Shown in pieces: positions 19,798-28,904 of a stretch of 64,000 nt of DNA (positions within the stretch are counted from its first letter, which is position 1; every line of letters begins with the position of its first letter). The notes below the pieces were generated by a model, which was given only the letters and a program-made list of their open reading frames with translations, did not search any database and had not been told where the DNA came from. A program made the translations under genes and the position numbers. The DNA comes from Faecalibacterium sp. UBA1360 (GTDB lineage: Bacteria > Bacillota > Clostridia > Oscillospirales > Ruminococcaceae), in NCBI GenBank assembly GCA_002306375.1, contig DBRU01000032.1:7103-71102 (forward strand). The letters run 5' to 3'.

Positions 19798-20676
19798 ATG
19801 GTGTTGAGCATGACAGGCTACGGCCGCGCCGAGCAGACGCTGAACGGACGGGACATTACGGTGGAAGTGCGCAGCGTCAACGCGCGCTATTTTGAGTATT
19901 CGTCCCGCATGCCGCGTACCTGCGCGTTTCTGGAAGACAAACTCAAGGCGCTGGCGGCGCAGCAGGTCCACCGGGGCAAGGTGGAACTGTCCCTGACCAT
20001 CCAGAGCGTGGCGGCCGCGGACACCGTGGTGCAGGTCAACTGGCCCCTGGCCGAAAGCTACCGCCAGGCGCTGGCCGCCATGGCCGAGCGGCTGGACGTG
20101 AAAAACGACGTGACGGTCTCCGCTTTGGCCCGGTTCCCCGATGTCTTGAGCCAGAGCGCCGCACCTGCGGACCCGGACGCCTTGTGGGCAGATGTGTCAG
20201 CGGTGGCCGGGCAGGCGCTGGACGCCTTTGTGGCCATGCGTGCGACGGAAGGCGAAAAGTTGTACGCCGACGTGGCCGGACGCCTGAACGCGGTGGAGGA
20301 GCTGGTCACCTCCATCGAGCAGGGCAGTGCCGGACGGGTGCAGGCTTATACCGAGCGCCTGTATGCCCGGCTGCGGGAGCTGCTTGCGGACCGCAACATC
20401 GACGAGTCCCGCATTTTGACCGAGGCCGCCCTGTTTGCCGACAAGACCGCCATTGACGAGGAGACCGTGCGCCTGCGCAGCCACATTGCACAGTACCGCG
20501 AGATCTTGTCCCTGACCGAGCCCATCGGCCGCAAGCTGGACTTCCTGACCCAGGAACTCAACCGCGAGGCCAACACCATCGGCTCCAAATGCCAGGACGC
20601 CGCCATGACCCGCCTGGTCGTGGCGCTCAAGTCCGAAATCGAAAAGATCCGCGAACAGATCCAGAACATCGAGTGA
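19798..20676 (+). CDS. yicC: YicC/YloC endoribonuclease
   Basis: SMTGYG, GRKLDFLTQELNREANTIGSK, IREQIQNIE; promoter TTGCCA-N17-TATAAT at 19716-19744. Confidence 0.95.
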   Translation: MVLSMTGYGRAEQTLNGRDITVEVRSVNARYFEYSSRMPRTCAFLEDKLKALAAQQVHRGKVELSLTIQSVAAADTVVQVNWPLAESYRQALAAMAERLDVKNDVTVSALARFPDVLSQSAAPADPDALWADVSAVAGQALDAFVAMRATEGEKLYADVAGRLNAVEELVTSIEQGSAGRVQAYTERLYARLRELLADRNIDESRILTEAALFADKTAIDEETVRLRSHIAQYREILSLTEPIGRKLDFLTQELNREANTIGSKCQDAAMTRLVVALKSEIEKIREQIQNIE

Positions 20677-20685
20677 GGGAATGGG

Positions 20686-20925
20686 ATGAAGCTCATCAAC
20701 ATCGGATTTGGCAACCTGGTCAATGCCGACCGCCTCGTTGCCGCCGTCAGCCCCGAATCCGCGCCCATCAAGCGCATCGTGCAGGACGCGCGGGACAAGG
20801 GTATGGTCATCGACGCCACCTACGGCCGGCGGACCCAGGCCGTTCTGATCATGGATTCCGACCATGTGGTGCTGTCTGCCTTCGGGCCGGATAAATTGCA
20901 GGGCCGCGCTCAGGAGGATGAGTGA
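20686..20925 (+). CDS. remA: RemA/DUF370 regulator
   Basis: [24 protein letters not shown]. Confidence 0.93.
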   Translation: MKLINIGFGNLVNADRLVAAVSPESAPIKRIVQDARDKGMVIDATYGRRTQAVLIMDSDHVVLSAFGPDKLQGRAQEDE

Positions 20926-21032
20926 GCGCCGCTGTTTTTCGTTGCGGGAACACAGACTTCTGTGTTTTCAGGATAGATCGTGTGAAGACTGTATAGGAAA
21001 GACAAACGTACATTTTGGGGGATGGAGAAGCT

Positions 21033-21608
21033 ATGAAAGGTGAAAAGTATCTCTTCGTCGTGTCCGGCCCGTCGGGCACCGGCAAAGACACGGTGGTGGC
21101 CAAACTGCTGGGCGACCACCCCGAGATCAAAAAGACTGTCTCGGCCACGACCCGCGCCATGCGGGAAGGGGAGGTGGACGGCGTCAGCTACCACTTTCTG
21201 AGCCGCGAACACTTCAAAGAAGCGCTGGACGCCGGCGGCATTGTGGAATACACCTGCTACTGCGACAACTACTACGGCACCCTGCGCTCTGAGGTCGAGC
21301 GCCACATGAAAGCCTGCCAGCCCGTGATCCTGGTCATCGAGGTGGAGGGCGCCGGCAACATCAAAAAGCTGTACCCGGGGGCCACCACGATCTTTGTGCT
21401 GCCCCCCGATATGGCGGAACTGGAACGCCGGCTGCGCGTGCGCGGCACCGAGAGCGAGGAGACCATCCAAAAGCGCCTGCGCCGCGCCGAGACCGAGATC
21501 GCCCGCTCCGCCGACTATGACGAACATGTGGTCAACGATGTGGTGCAGGACTGTTCCGATCGCATCCATGACATCATCCGCAACCGCCTGATGCAGAGCG
21601 ACGAATAA
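21033..21608 (+). CDS. gmk: Guanylate kinase
   Basis: SGPSGTGK, SATTR, YYGT. Confidence 0.95.
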   Translation: MKGEKYLFVVSGPSGTGKDTVVAKLLGDHPEIKKTVSATTRAMREGEVDGVSYHFLSREHFKEALDAGGIVEYTCYCDNYYGTLRSEVERHMKACQPVILVIEVEGAGNIKKLYPGATTIFVLPPDMAELERRLRVRGTESEETIQKRLRRAETEIARSADYDEHVVNDVVQDCSDRIHDIIRNRLMQSDE

Positions 21609-21630
21609 CGCAAAGAGGGGAGGGCGGCGT

Positions 21631-23889
21631 TTGCCCATGATCGCAAAGGTGGCGGTGAACGACGCCACCATCCACTTTGACAAACTGTATTCCTATCGGG
21701 TCCCGCCCGAACTGGAAGACGGCCTGTGGCCCGGCGGCATCGTCCTGGTGCCCTTTGGCCGCAGCGACAAGCCCCGCATGGCCGTGGTGCTGGAACTGGA
21801 ACGGGAGGAGGCCCCTGACGCCCGGCTCAAGACGCTGTTGGCCGCCGCGCCCGAGGACGCCCGCCTGACCCCGGAACTGCTTTCCATCGTCCGCTTTCTC
21901 AAGGATCGATATTTCTGCACCTGGTACGAGGCCGTCAAGGCGGTCATTCCGTATGGCGCGCAGTACCGTCCCGGCACCGAAAACGGTAAGCCTGCGGTCA
22001 TCGGCCGCCTGGCCCCGCCCGTGGAGCGGGTGTACGCCCTGGCGGGGGAGCTGCCCGCCAAGCCCAAACCTGGTCCGCGCCAGCAAGCCGCCGTGCAGCT
22101 GCTGCAAGCGGGGCCTCGATCCCAGCATGAGCTGGAAGCCGAAGGGGTAGGCAGGACCACCCTGGATGCCTTGTGCAAAAAAGGGGTGCTGCGCTGCAGT
22201 GAGCGGTATAAGTTGCTGGATCTGTTTGCGGACATTCCCTTTGATCCCAAGCCCATCGAGCTCTCCGCCGAGCAGCAGGCCGCCTACGATGCTTTGGCCG
22301 GCGACCTGGAATCCCCGGGCGCGGGCGCGGCCCTTTTGTACGGCGTTACGGGCAGCGGCAAGACCGCCGTGTTCCTCAAGCTGATCCAGCGCACGCTGGA
22401 ACTGGGCCGCCGGGCCCTCGTTCTGGTGCCCGAGATCGGCCTGACGCCTCAGATGATCCGCCGTCTCAAAGCCATGTTCGGCAGCCGCCTGGCCGTGCAG
22501 CACAGCGCGCTGAACAACACCGAACGCCTTTTGCAATGGCGCATGATCCAGCACGGGGACGCCGACATCGTGGTGGGCACCCGCAGCGCGGTGTTCGCGC
22601 CGTTGGAAAACATCGGCCTCATCATCCTGGACGAGGAACAGGAACATACCTATCAAAGCGAGAGCGCGCCCCGCTATTCAGCTCACGAGGTGGCCAAAAA
22701 GCGCGCCGCGGCCGAAAATGCCCTGCTGGTGTTTGCCTCGGCCACGCCCCGGGTGGAGACCTGCCACGCCGCCAATGCCGGGCGCATGCGCCTGGTGACC
22801 TTGCGGGAACGCTACGGCGGTCGTCCGCTGCCCACCGTATCCTTTGCCGATATGCGGGCCGAACTGGCCGCCGGCAATCCCCGGGAGGTCAGCGCCGAGC
22901 TGGCTGCCGAACTGACAGAAAACCTGCGCCGGGGCGAGCAGAGCATCCTGCTTCTCAACCGGCGGGGATACCACACGGTGGCCATGTGCGCCGACTGCGG
23001 CCAGGTATACAAATGCCCCAATTGCAGCGTGCCGCTGGTCTACCACAAAAACCGGCAGGCGCTTTTGTGCCACCACTGTGGGCACCAGGTCCAGCCCGCG
23101 CCGACCCGCTGCCCCGAATGCGGCGGCAAGCTGGCGTACAGCGGGTTCGGTACCCAGCGGGTGGAGGAGGAACTGCAAACCCTGCTGCCCGACGCCCGCA
23201 TCCTGCGCATGGACCAGGATTCCACCGGGCGCAAGAACGCCCATGAGCAGATGCTTTCCCGCTTTGCCCGGCAGGAGTACGACATCCTGCTGGGCACCCA
23301 GATGGTGGCCAAGGGCCTTGATTTTGAAAAGGTCACCCTGGTCGGTGTGCTGGGCATCGACTCGATGCTGTTCGGGCAGGGGTTCCGTTCTTACGAAAAC
23401 GTGTTCAGCCTCATCACCCAGGTGGTGGGGCGGGGCGGCCGGGCCGAACTGCCGGGCCGGGCGCTGATCCAGACCACCGTGCCCGGGCACCCGGTCTTGC
23501 AGCTGGCTGCAAGGCAGGACTATGCGGCCTTTTATAAAGAGGAGATCGCCTTCCGCCGCCTGTGCCTGTATCCGCCTTTTTGCGCTTTCTGCGTTGTGGG
23601 CTTTACCGGCGCGCAGGAGATGGCGGTGTATGACGCGGCACGTCAGTTTTCCGCGCTGCTGGCCGACCGGGCAGCCCGATGCCAGGGCCTGCCTTTGCGG
23701 GTACTGGGCCCCGCGCCCATGAACATCGCCATGCTCAGCGGCAAGTACCGCTACAAGCTGACCCTCAAATGCCGCAACGATGCGGCGTTCCGCGCCCTTC
23801 TGCGGGACACGCTGGACGCCTACGCGGCCGAAAAGCTGCCCGGCAAGGCCGGCGTCACCATTGACTTCAACTCCGACGGCGACCTGTGA
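21631..23889 (+). CDS. priA: Primosomal protein N'
   Basis: GVTGSGKT, DEEQE, SATP, Cys-rich zinc region, GTQMVAKGLDF. Confidence 0.96.
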   Translation: MPMIAKVAVNDATIHFDKLYSYRVPPELEDGLWPGGIVLVPFGRSDKPRMAVVLELEREEAPDARLKTLLAAAPEDARLTPELLSIVRFLKDRYFCTWYEAVKAVIPYGAQYRPGTENGKPAVIGRLAPPVERVYALAGELPAKPKPGPRQQAAVQLLQAGPRSQHELEAEGVGRTTLDALCKKGVLRCSERYKLLDLFADIPFDPKPIELSAEQQAAYDALAGDLESPGAGAALLYGVTGSGKTAVFLKLIQRTLELGRRALVLVPEIGLTPQMIRRLKAMFGSRLAVQHSALNNTERLLQWRMIQHGDADIVVGTRSAVFAPLENIGLIILDEEQEHTYQSESAPRYSAHEVAKKRAAAENALLVFASATPRVETCHAANAGRMRLVTLRERYGGRPLPTVSFADMRAELAAGNPREVSAELAAELTENLRRGEQSILLLNRRGYHTVAMCADCGQVYKCPNCSVPLVYHKNRQALLCHHCGHQVQPAPTRCPECGGKLAYSGFGTQRVEEELQTLLPDARILRMDQDSTGRKNAHEQMLSRFARQEYDILLGTQMVAKGLDFEKVTLVGVLGIDSMLFGQGFRSYENVFSLITQVVGRGGRAELPGRALIQTTVPGHPVLQLAARQDYAAFYKEEIAFRRLCLYPPFCAFCVVGFTGAQEMAVYDAARQFSALLADRAARCQGLPLRVLGPAPMNIAMLSGKYRYKLTLKCRNDAAFRALLRDTLDAYAAEKLPGKAGVTIDFNSDGDL

Positions 23890-23911
23890 ACACAAAACAG
23901 GGGGGACGCTC

Positions 23912-24199
23912 ATGAAACGCTATGCCAAGACCCTTCTTGTCAGCCTTGCGCTGCTGATCGCCGTATTCGCGGCGGTGGCTGCCATACGGCAGGACCGGTA
24001 CGCAACAGGCCGTGCCCAGGGGTATCTGACCGGGTACACCCTCGGCTGCCGGGATGGGGATGCGGGCGCCGAGCAAAATGCTCAGGATCTGGCCATCTCC
24101 ATCGACCCCTATAAGTTCGGTTCGTCCCGGTGGAAGGGCTTTATGAACGGCTTTCCCGAAGGCTACGCGGACGGCGTCCGCGCCGCCGACAACACGTAA
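23912..24199 (+). CDS. Hypothetical membrane-anchored protein with GxxxG repeats
   Basis: 95 aa after a GGGGGG RBS, N-terminal TM/signal; fills the priA-def gap. Confidence 0.65.
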   Translation: MKRYAKTLLVSLALLIAVFAAVAAIRQDRYATGRAQGYLTGYTLGCRDGDAGAEQNAQDLAISIDPYKFGSSRWKGFMNGFPEGYADGVRAADNT

Positions 24200-24225
24200 A
24201 CAATTGTTTGGAGGTATAGATCACT

Positions 24226-24744
24226 ATGGCACTTCGCACCATCGTACAGGACGGCGACCCGATCCTGAAAAAAGTCTGCCGCCCCGTCACCAAGTTCGAC
24301 GATCGTCTGGCCACCTTGCTGGACGACATGAAAGAGACCCTCTATGATGCCAACGGCTGGGGCCTGGCCGGGCCGCAGGTGGGCGTCATGCGCCGCATCT
24401 TCATCTCCCTGGATGATCGCAACGCTCCCGAGGACCTGCCCGAAGATGCCCGCCTGCCGATCATGGAATTCATCAACCCCGAAATTCTGGAACTCAGCGA
24501 CGAAAAGGTGGAGCTGTACGAGGGTTGCCTGTCGTTCCCGGGGCACAACGGTGCGATCCGGCGCTCCAAGCACGTGAAGGTGCGCGCCCAGGACCGCAAC
24601 GGCGAGTGGTTCGAGCTGGAAGCCGACGATATGTTCGCCCGCTGCATCCAGCACGAGACCAACCACCTGGACGGCATCACGATCATGGACCTGGCCACCC
24701 ATTTCTATGAGGATGACTACCCCGAAGACGAGGACGAGGACTAA
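24226..24744 (+). CDS. def: Peptide deformylase
   Basis: GLAGPQVG, EGCLS, QHETNHLDG. Confidence 0.96.
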   Translation: MALRTIVQDGDPILKKVCRPVTKFDDRLATLLDDMKETLYDANGWGLAGPQVGVMRRIFISLDDRNAPEDLPEDARLPIMEFINPEILELSDEKVELYEGCLSFPGHNGAIRRSKHVKVRAQDRNGEWFELEADDMFARCIQHETNHLDGITIMDLATHFYEDDYPEDEDED

Positions 24745-25664
24745 TGCGAATTCTGTTCATGGGCACGCCCGATATCGCCGCCGAAAGCCTGGCCGCCTTG
24801 ATCGAGGCCGGGCATGACATCGTGGGCGTGTTCACCCGGGCCGACAAGCCGGTGGGCCGCAAGCAGGTGCTCACCGCGCCGCCCGTCAAGCAGCTGGCAC
24901 AGCAGTATGGCATCCCGGTGTGGCAACCCGCCACGCTGCGGGACGGCAAGGCTGAACCCATCTTCCGGGAACTGGCTCCCGACCTGGTGGTTGTGGTGGC
25001 CTATGGGCGCATTTTGCCGCCGGAACTGCTGCACATCGCGCCGCTGGGCTGCATCAACCTGCATGTGTCCCTGCTGCCCAAATACCGAGGCTCAGCGCCT
25101 ATCCAGTGGGCGGTGCTCAACGGCGACGCCGAGACCGGCGTCACGATCATGCAGCTGGACGAGGGCTGCGACACCGGCGACATCCTGATGGTGGAGCCGG
25201 TGGCCATCGGCCCCGAGACCACCAGCGGCGAACTGTTTGAGCAGGTCAGCGCCGTGGGGGCCAAAACGCTGGTAACGGCGGTGGACAAACTGGCCGCCGG
25301 GCAGCTGACGCCCAGGCCTCAGAACCATGCCGAGGCAACCCAGGCCCCCATGCTGACCAAGGACATGGCCCGCTTTGACTTCACCCAGCCGGCCGCCCAC
25401 ATCCACAACTGGGTGCGGGGCATGAACCCCTGGCCCATGGCCTTCTTTGAGCTGGAGGGCAAAAAGGTCAAGGTGCTGGAAAGCCGCCTGGCCGAGGGGC
25501 TGCCCGGCGCGCAGCCGGGCACCGTGCTGGGGCTCAAACCCCTGACCGTTGCCTGCGGCGAAGGGGCCTTGCAGCTGCTGACCGTCACGCCGGAAGGCGG
25601 GCGTCCCATGCCCGGCACCGCCTGGGCCGCCGGCCGCCGCCTGAAAGCGGGGGACAGCCTGTGA
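24744..25664 (+). CDS. fmt: Methionyl-tRNA formyltransferase
   Basis: FMGTP, NLHVSLLPKYRGSAPI, DTGD. Confidence 0.96.
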   Translation: MRILFMGTPDIAAESLAALIEAGHDIVGVFTRADKPVGRKQVLTAPPVKQLAQQYGIPVWQPATLRDGKAEPIFRELAPDLVVVVAYGRILPPELLHIAPLGCINLHVSLLPKYRGSAPIQWAVLNGDAETGVTIMQLDEGCDTGDILMVEPVAIGPETTSGELFEQVSAVGAKTLVTAVDKLAAGQLTPRPQNHAEATQAPMLTKDMARFDFTQPAAHIHNWVRGMNPWPMAFFELEGKKVKVLESRLAEGLPGAQPGTVLGLKPLTVACGEGALQLLTVTPEGGRPMPGTAWAAGRRLKAGDSL

Positions 25665-26989
25665 CGGCCCGGTACCTGGCCGTCAAGGCGCTGATTCGCC
25701 AGGAAAAGGACGGTTACGCCAACCTGGTGCTGGACGCCGAACTGGGCCGCTGCGACCCGCCGCTTGCGGCGCGGGACGCGGCGTTTTCCGCCCGTATCTT
25801 TTATACGGTGCTGGAACGGCGCAACCTGTTGGACTGGACGCTGGACCGCTTTCTCAAAAAGCCGGTATCCAAACTGGACGCCCCCGTGCGGGCTGTTTTG
25901 CGGGCCGGGCTGGCCCAGGCGGTTTATATGCAGGTCCCGCTATCTGCCGCCGTCAACGAATCGGTCAAGCTGGCCCGCGCCTTCGGCAAGACCAGCGCGG
26001 CGGGCATGGTCAACGCGGTGCTGCGCCGCGCGGCGGCCTTGCGCCCAGGCAAAGAGGATTTCCCTGACCCGGCGCAGCGCCTGCAAACGCTGTACAGCCT
26101 GTCGGAACCCGTGGCTTCTTTGCTGCTGGACCAGTACGGTGACGAGGCCGAGGCTATCGCCGCCGCCTTTTACGAACCCCAGCCCACCTGGGTGCGGGTC
26201 AACACGCTGCGCACCACTGACGAAGCCCTGACCGCCGCTTTGCAAAGCGAGGGGGCCGAGGTCGTGCCCGGCCCCTGGCCCCATTGCCTCAAGGTCGTAT
26301 TCCGCGGTTCGCCCGCGGCCTCGCAGACTTTTTCCAAGGGCTGGTTCCATGTCCAGGGGCTGGCCAGCCAGTTTGCCGCCGACTGCGTGCAGGCCGAGCC
26401 CAGGCTGCGGGTGCTGGACCTGTGCGCCGCGCCCGGGGGCAAAAGCCTGACGATGGCCTGCGCCATGCAGGATGAGGGCGAACTGTACAGCGGCGAAGCC
26501 GTGGAAGCCCGCCTGCCTCTTTTGCAAAAGGCCTTTGCCCGGTGCGGCGTGGGCTGCGCCAAAGCCTTTGCGGGGGACGCCTCGGTGTATAACGCGGAGC
26601 TGGCAAAAACGCCCTTTGACCGCGTTTTGTGCGACGTGCCCTGTTCGGGGCTGGGTGTCATCGGCAAAAAGCCGGACATCCGCTACAAGGACCTGCAAGG
26701 GCTGGACGAACTGTGTGCGCTGCAAAAAAAGATATTACAAAATGGTTCCAGATATCTTGCCCAAAACGGTCGTTTGGTGTATTCTACCTGTACGGTGAAC
26801 CGGGCCGAAAACGAGGCCGTGGTGCGGGATTTTCTTGCAAGAAACCCGGAATTTGCCGTTATCCCGCCAAAAACGATGCCGGACGGCGCGTTGGCAGGGG
26901 AGTACGGCACGCTGTTTTTGCCCCACCGCACCGGCGCCGACGGCTTTTTTGTAGCGGTGCTTGTGCGCCAAAACACGAAGTTTTCGTAA
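25661..26989 (+). CDS. rsmB: 16S rRNA m5C967 methyltransferase
   Basis: NusB-like N-terminus, DLCAAPGGKS, DVPCSG, YSTCT. Confidence 0.93.
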   Translation: MTARYLAVKALIRQEKDGYANLVLDAELGRCDPPLAARDAAFSARIFYTVLERRNLLDWTLDRFLKKPVSKLDAPVRAVLRAGLAQAVYMQVPLSAAVNESVKLARAFGKTSAAGMVNAVLRRAAALRPGKEDFPDPAQRLQTLYSLSEPVASLLLDQYGDEAEAIAAAFYEPQPTWVRVNTLRTTDEALTAALQSEGAEVVPGPWPHCLKVVFRGSPAASQTFSKGWFHVQGLASQFAADCVQAEPRLRVLDLCAAPGGKSLTMACAMQDEGELYSGEAVEARLPLLQKAFARCGVGCAKAFAGDASVYNAELAKTPFDRVLCDVPCSGLGVIGKKPDIRYKDLQGLDELCALQKKILQNGSRYLAQNGRLVYSTCTVNRAENEAVVRDFLARNPEFAVIPPKTMPDGALAGEYGTLFLPHRTGADGFFVAVLVRQNTKFS

Positions 26990-27052
26990 AATTTACAATC
27001 TGCGGCGCGCAAAAGTCCACCGCAGTATGGTATTATAATAGGAGGTGAAAGA

Positions 27053-28135
27053 ATGCAAAGTCAGCTTTGCCTGACGGATCTGACCCTGCCGGCGTTGACA
27101 GAGCACTGCAAAGCCCTGGGCCAGCCGGCCTTTCGCGCCAAGCAGATCTTTCACTGGATCCATCAAAAACTCGTCGCCGATTTTTCGGCCATGACCGACC
27201 AGCCCAAGGCGCTGCTGGCCACCCTGCGTGAGACCAGCACCTTGGCTGCGCCCGTTATTCGCCGCCGCCAGCAGTCCAAAGACGGCACGATCAAGTATCT
27301 GCTGGAACTGGCGGACGGCAACTGCATCGAAACGGTCCTCATGCGCTATCGCTACGGCAACACGGTCTGTGTGTCCACCCAGGTTGGCTGCGCCATGGGG
27401 TGCCGCTTTTGTGCATCTACCCAGGCCGGGCGGGTGCGGGACCTGACCCCCGGTGAGATCGCGGCCGAGGTGTACACCGCCCAGCGGGACACCGGCGAGC
27501 GCGTGTCCCACATCGTGCTCATGGGCATCGGCGAGCCGCTGCACAACTTTGACAACGTCATGGATTTTCTGGAGCTCATCTCCTGCCCGGACGGCCTCAA
27601 CATCGGCATGCGCAACATCAGTCTGTCCACCTGCGGCCTTGTGCCCAAGATCGACGAACTGGCCAAACGCAAATTGCAGCTGACCCTGTCCGTGTCGCTG
27701 CACGCGCCGGACAACGCCGTGCGCAGCAGCATGATGCCCGTCAACGACGCCTACCCGCTGGAACAGCTGATCCCGGCGTGCCGGCGTTACCAGAAGATCA
27801 CGGGCCGACGCATCAGCTTTGAGTATTCCATGGTGCGGGGTGTCAACGATTCGCCCGCCATGGCCCGCAAACTGGCCGATCTGATCCGCGGCATGGGGGC
27901 TCATGTGAACCTGATCCCCATCAACCCGGTGGACGGCAGCCCCTATTCCGCCACCGATGAAGAAAATGTACGCCGATTCCGCCAGATGCTGGAAGATCTT
28001 GGCGTCAATGCCACAGTGCGCCGCCGCCTGGGCACCGATATCTCCGCCGCCTGCGGTCAGCTGCGACGGGAAGATGCGGCCACCCGCGCCGCCGGCCCAG
28101 GCGCCCCACCCAACACCCCAAAAGAAAGGATCTGA
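27053..28135 (+). CDS. rlmN: 23S rRNA m2A2503 radical-SAM methyltransferase
   Basis: CAMGCRFC, MGIGEP, AACGQL. Confidence 0.96.
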   Translation: MQSQLCLTDLTLPALTEHCKALGQPAFRAKQIFHWIHQKLVADFSAMTDQPKALLATLRETSTLAAPVIRRRQQSKDGTIKYLLELADGNCIETVLMRYRYGNTVCVSTQVGCAMGCRFCASTQAGRVRDLTPGEIAAEVYTAQRDTGERVSHIVLMGIGEPLHNFDNVMDFLELISCPDGLNIGMRNISLSTCGLVPKIDELAKRKLQLTLSVSLHAPDNAVRSSMMPVNDAYPLEQLIPACRRYQKITGRRISFEYSMVRGVNDSPAMARKLADLIRGMGAHVNLIPINPVDGSPYSATDEENVRRFRQMLEDLGVNATVRRRLGTDISAACGQLRREDAATRAAGPGAPPNTPKERI

Positions 28136-28139
28136 CAGC

Positions 28140-28904
28140 ATGAAGATCGCAGGGTTGACCGACATCGGCTGCTGCCGGCAGGAAAACCAGGACAGTTTCT
28201 GTGCCCGGCAGCTGGTGGACGGGTCGGGCTGGGGCGTTGTGTGCGACGGTATGGGCGGCGCCAACGGCGGGCGCGTGGCGTCCATGATCGCTACCGCCAG
28301 CATGCTGCAATACTTTGACCGCCAGCTGCACGCGCTGCGCCACGGCGAAGAAAAGCAGTTTTTGCTACACGGGTTTGACCTGACCAACCGCGCCGTGTAC
28401 GACAAGGCTACCTCCGACCCGGACATGCTGGGCATGGGCACCACCGGCGTGTGCGCGTATGTGTACGGCAATATGGCCCACGTGGTACACGCGGGGGATT
28501 CCCGGGCGTACTTGTGGCGGCCGGACGGCAGCATCCGCCAGCTCACGCGGGACCATTCGATGGTCCAGCAGCTGGTGGACAGCGGCCAGATCACCCGGGA
28601 GCAGGCGGCCATGCACCCGCAAAAGAACCTGATCACCCGGGCGTTGGGGGTTTCGGCCAGCATCGTGCCCGAATACAACCGCTGCGAGGTCGCCCCCGGC
28701 GACGTCTTGCTGTTGTGTACGGACGGGCTGACCAATATGGTCCCTGACGAAGAGATCGCCCTGATCCTGCGGGAATCCGCCTTCTTTGACGCCCCCGGCG
28801 TTCTTGTCGAGCGGGCGTTGCGCGGCGGCGGGCAGGACAATATCACCGTTTTGCTGCTGGGCGTTGAACGGACCGAGCAACCAAGGGAGGAAGCAAATGG
28901 ATAA
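28140..28904 (+). CDS. prpC: PP2C Ser/Thr phosphatase (Stp1/PrpC)
   Basis: NQD, CDGMGG, MGTT, GDSR, CTDGL, GGQDN. Confidence 0.93.
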   Translation: MKIAGLTDIGCCRQENQDSFCARQLVDGSGWGVVCDGMGGANGGRVASMIATASMLQYFDRQLHALRHGEEKQFLLHGFDLTNRAVYDKATSDPDMLGMGTTGVCAYVYGNMAHVVHAGDSRAYLWRPDGSIRQLTRDHSMVQQLVDSGQITREQAAMHPQKNLITRALGVSASIVPEYNRCEVAPGDVLLLCTDGLTNMVPDEEIALILRESAFFDAPGVLVERALRGGGQDNITVLLLGVERTEQPREEANG

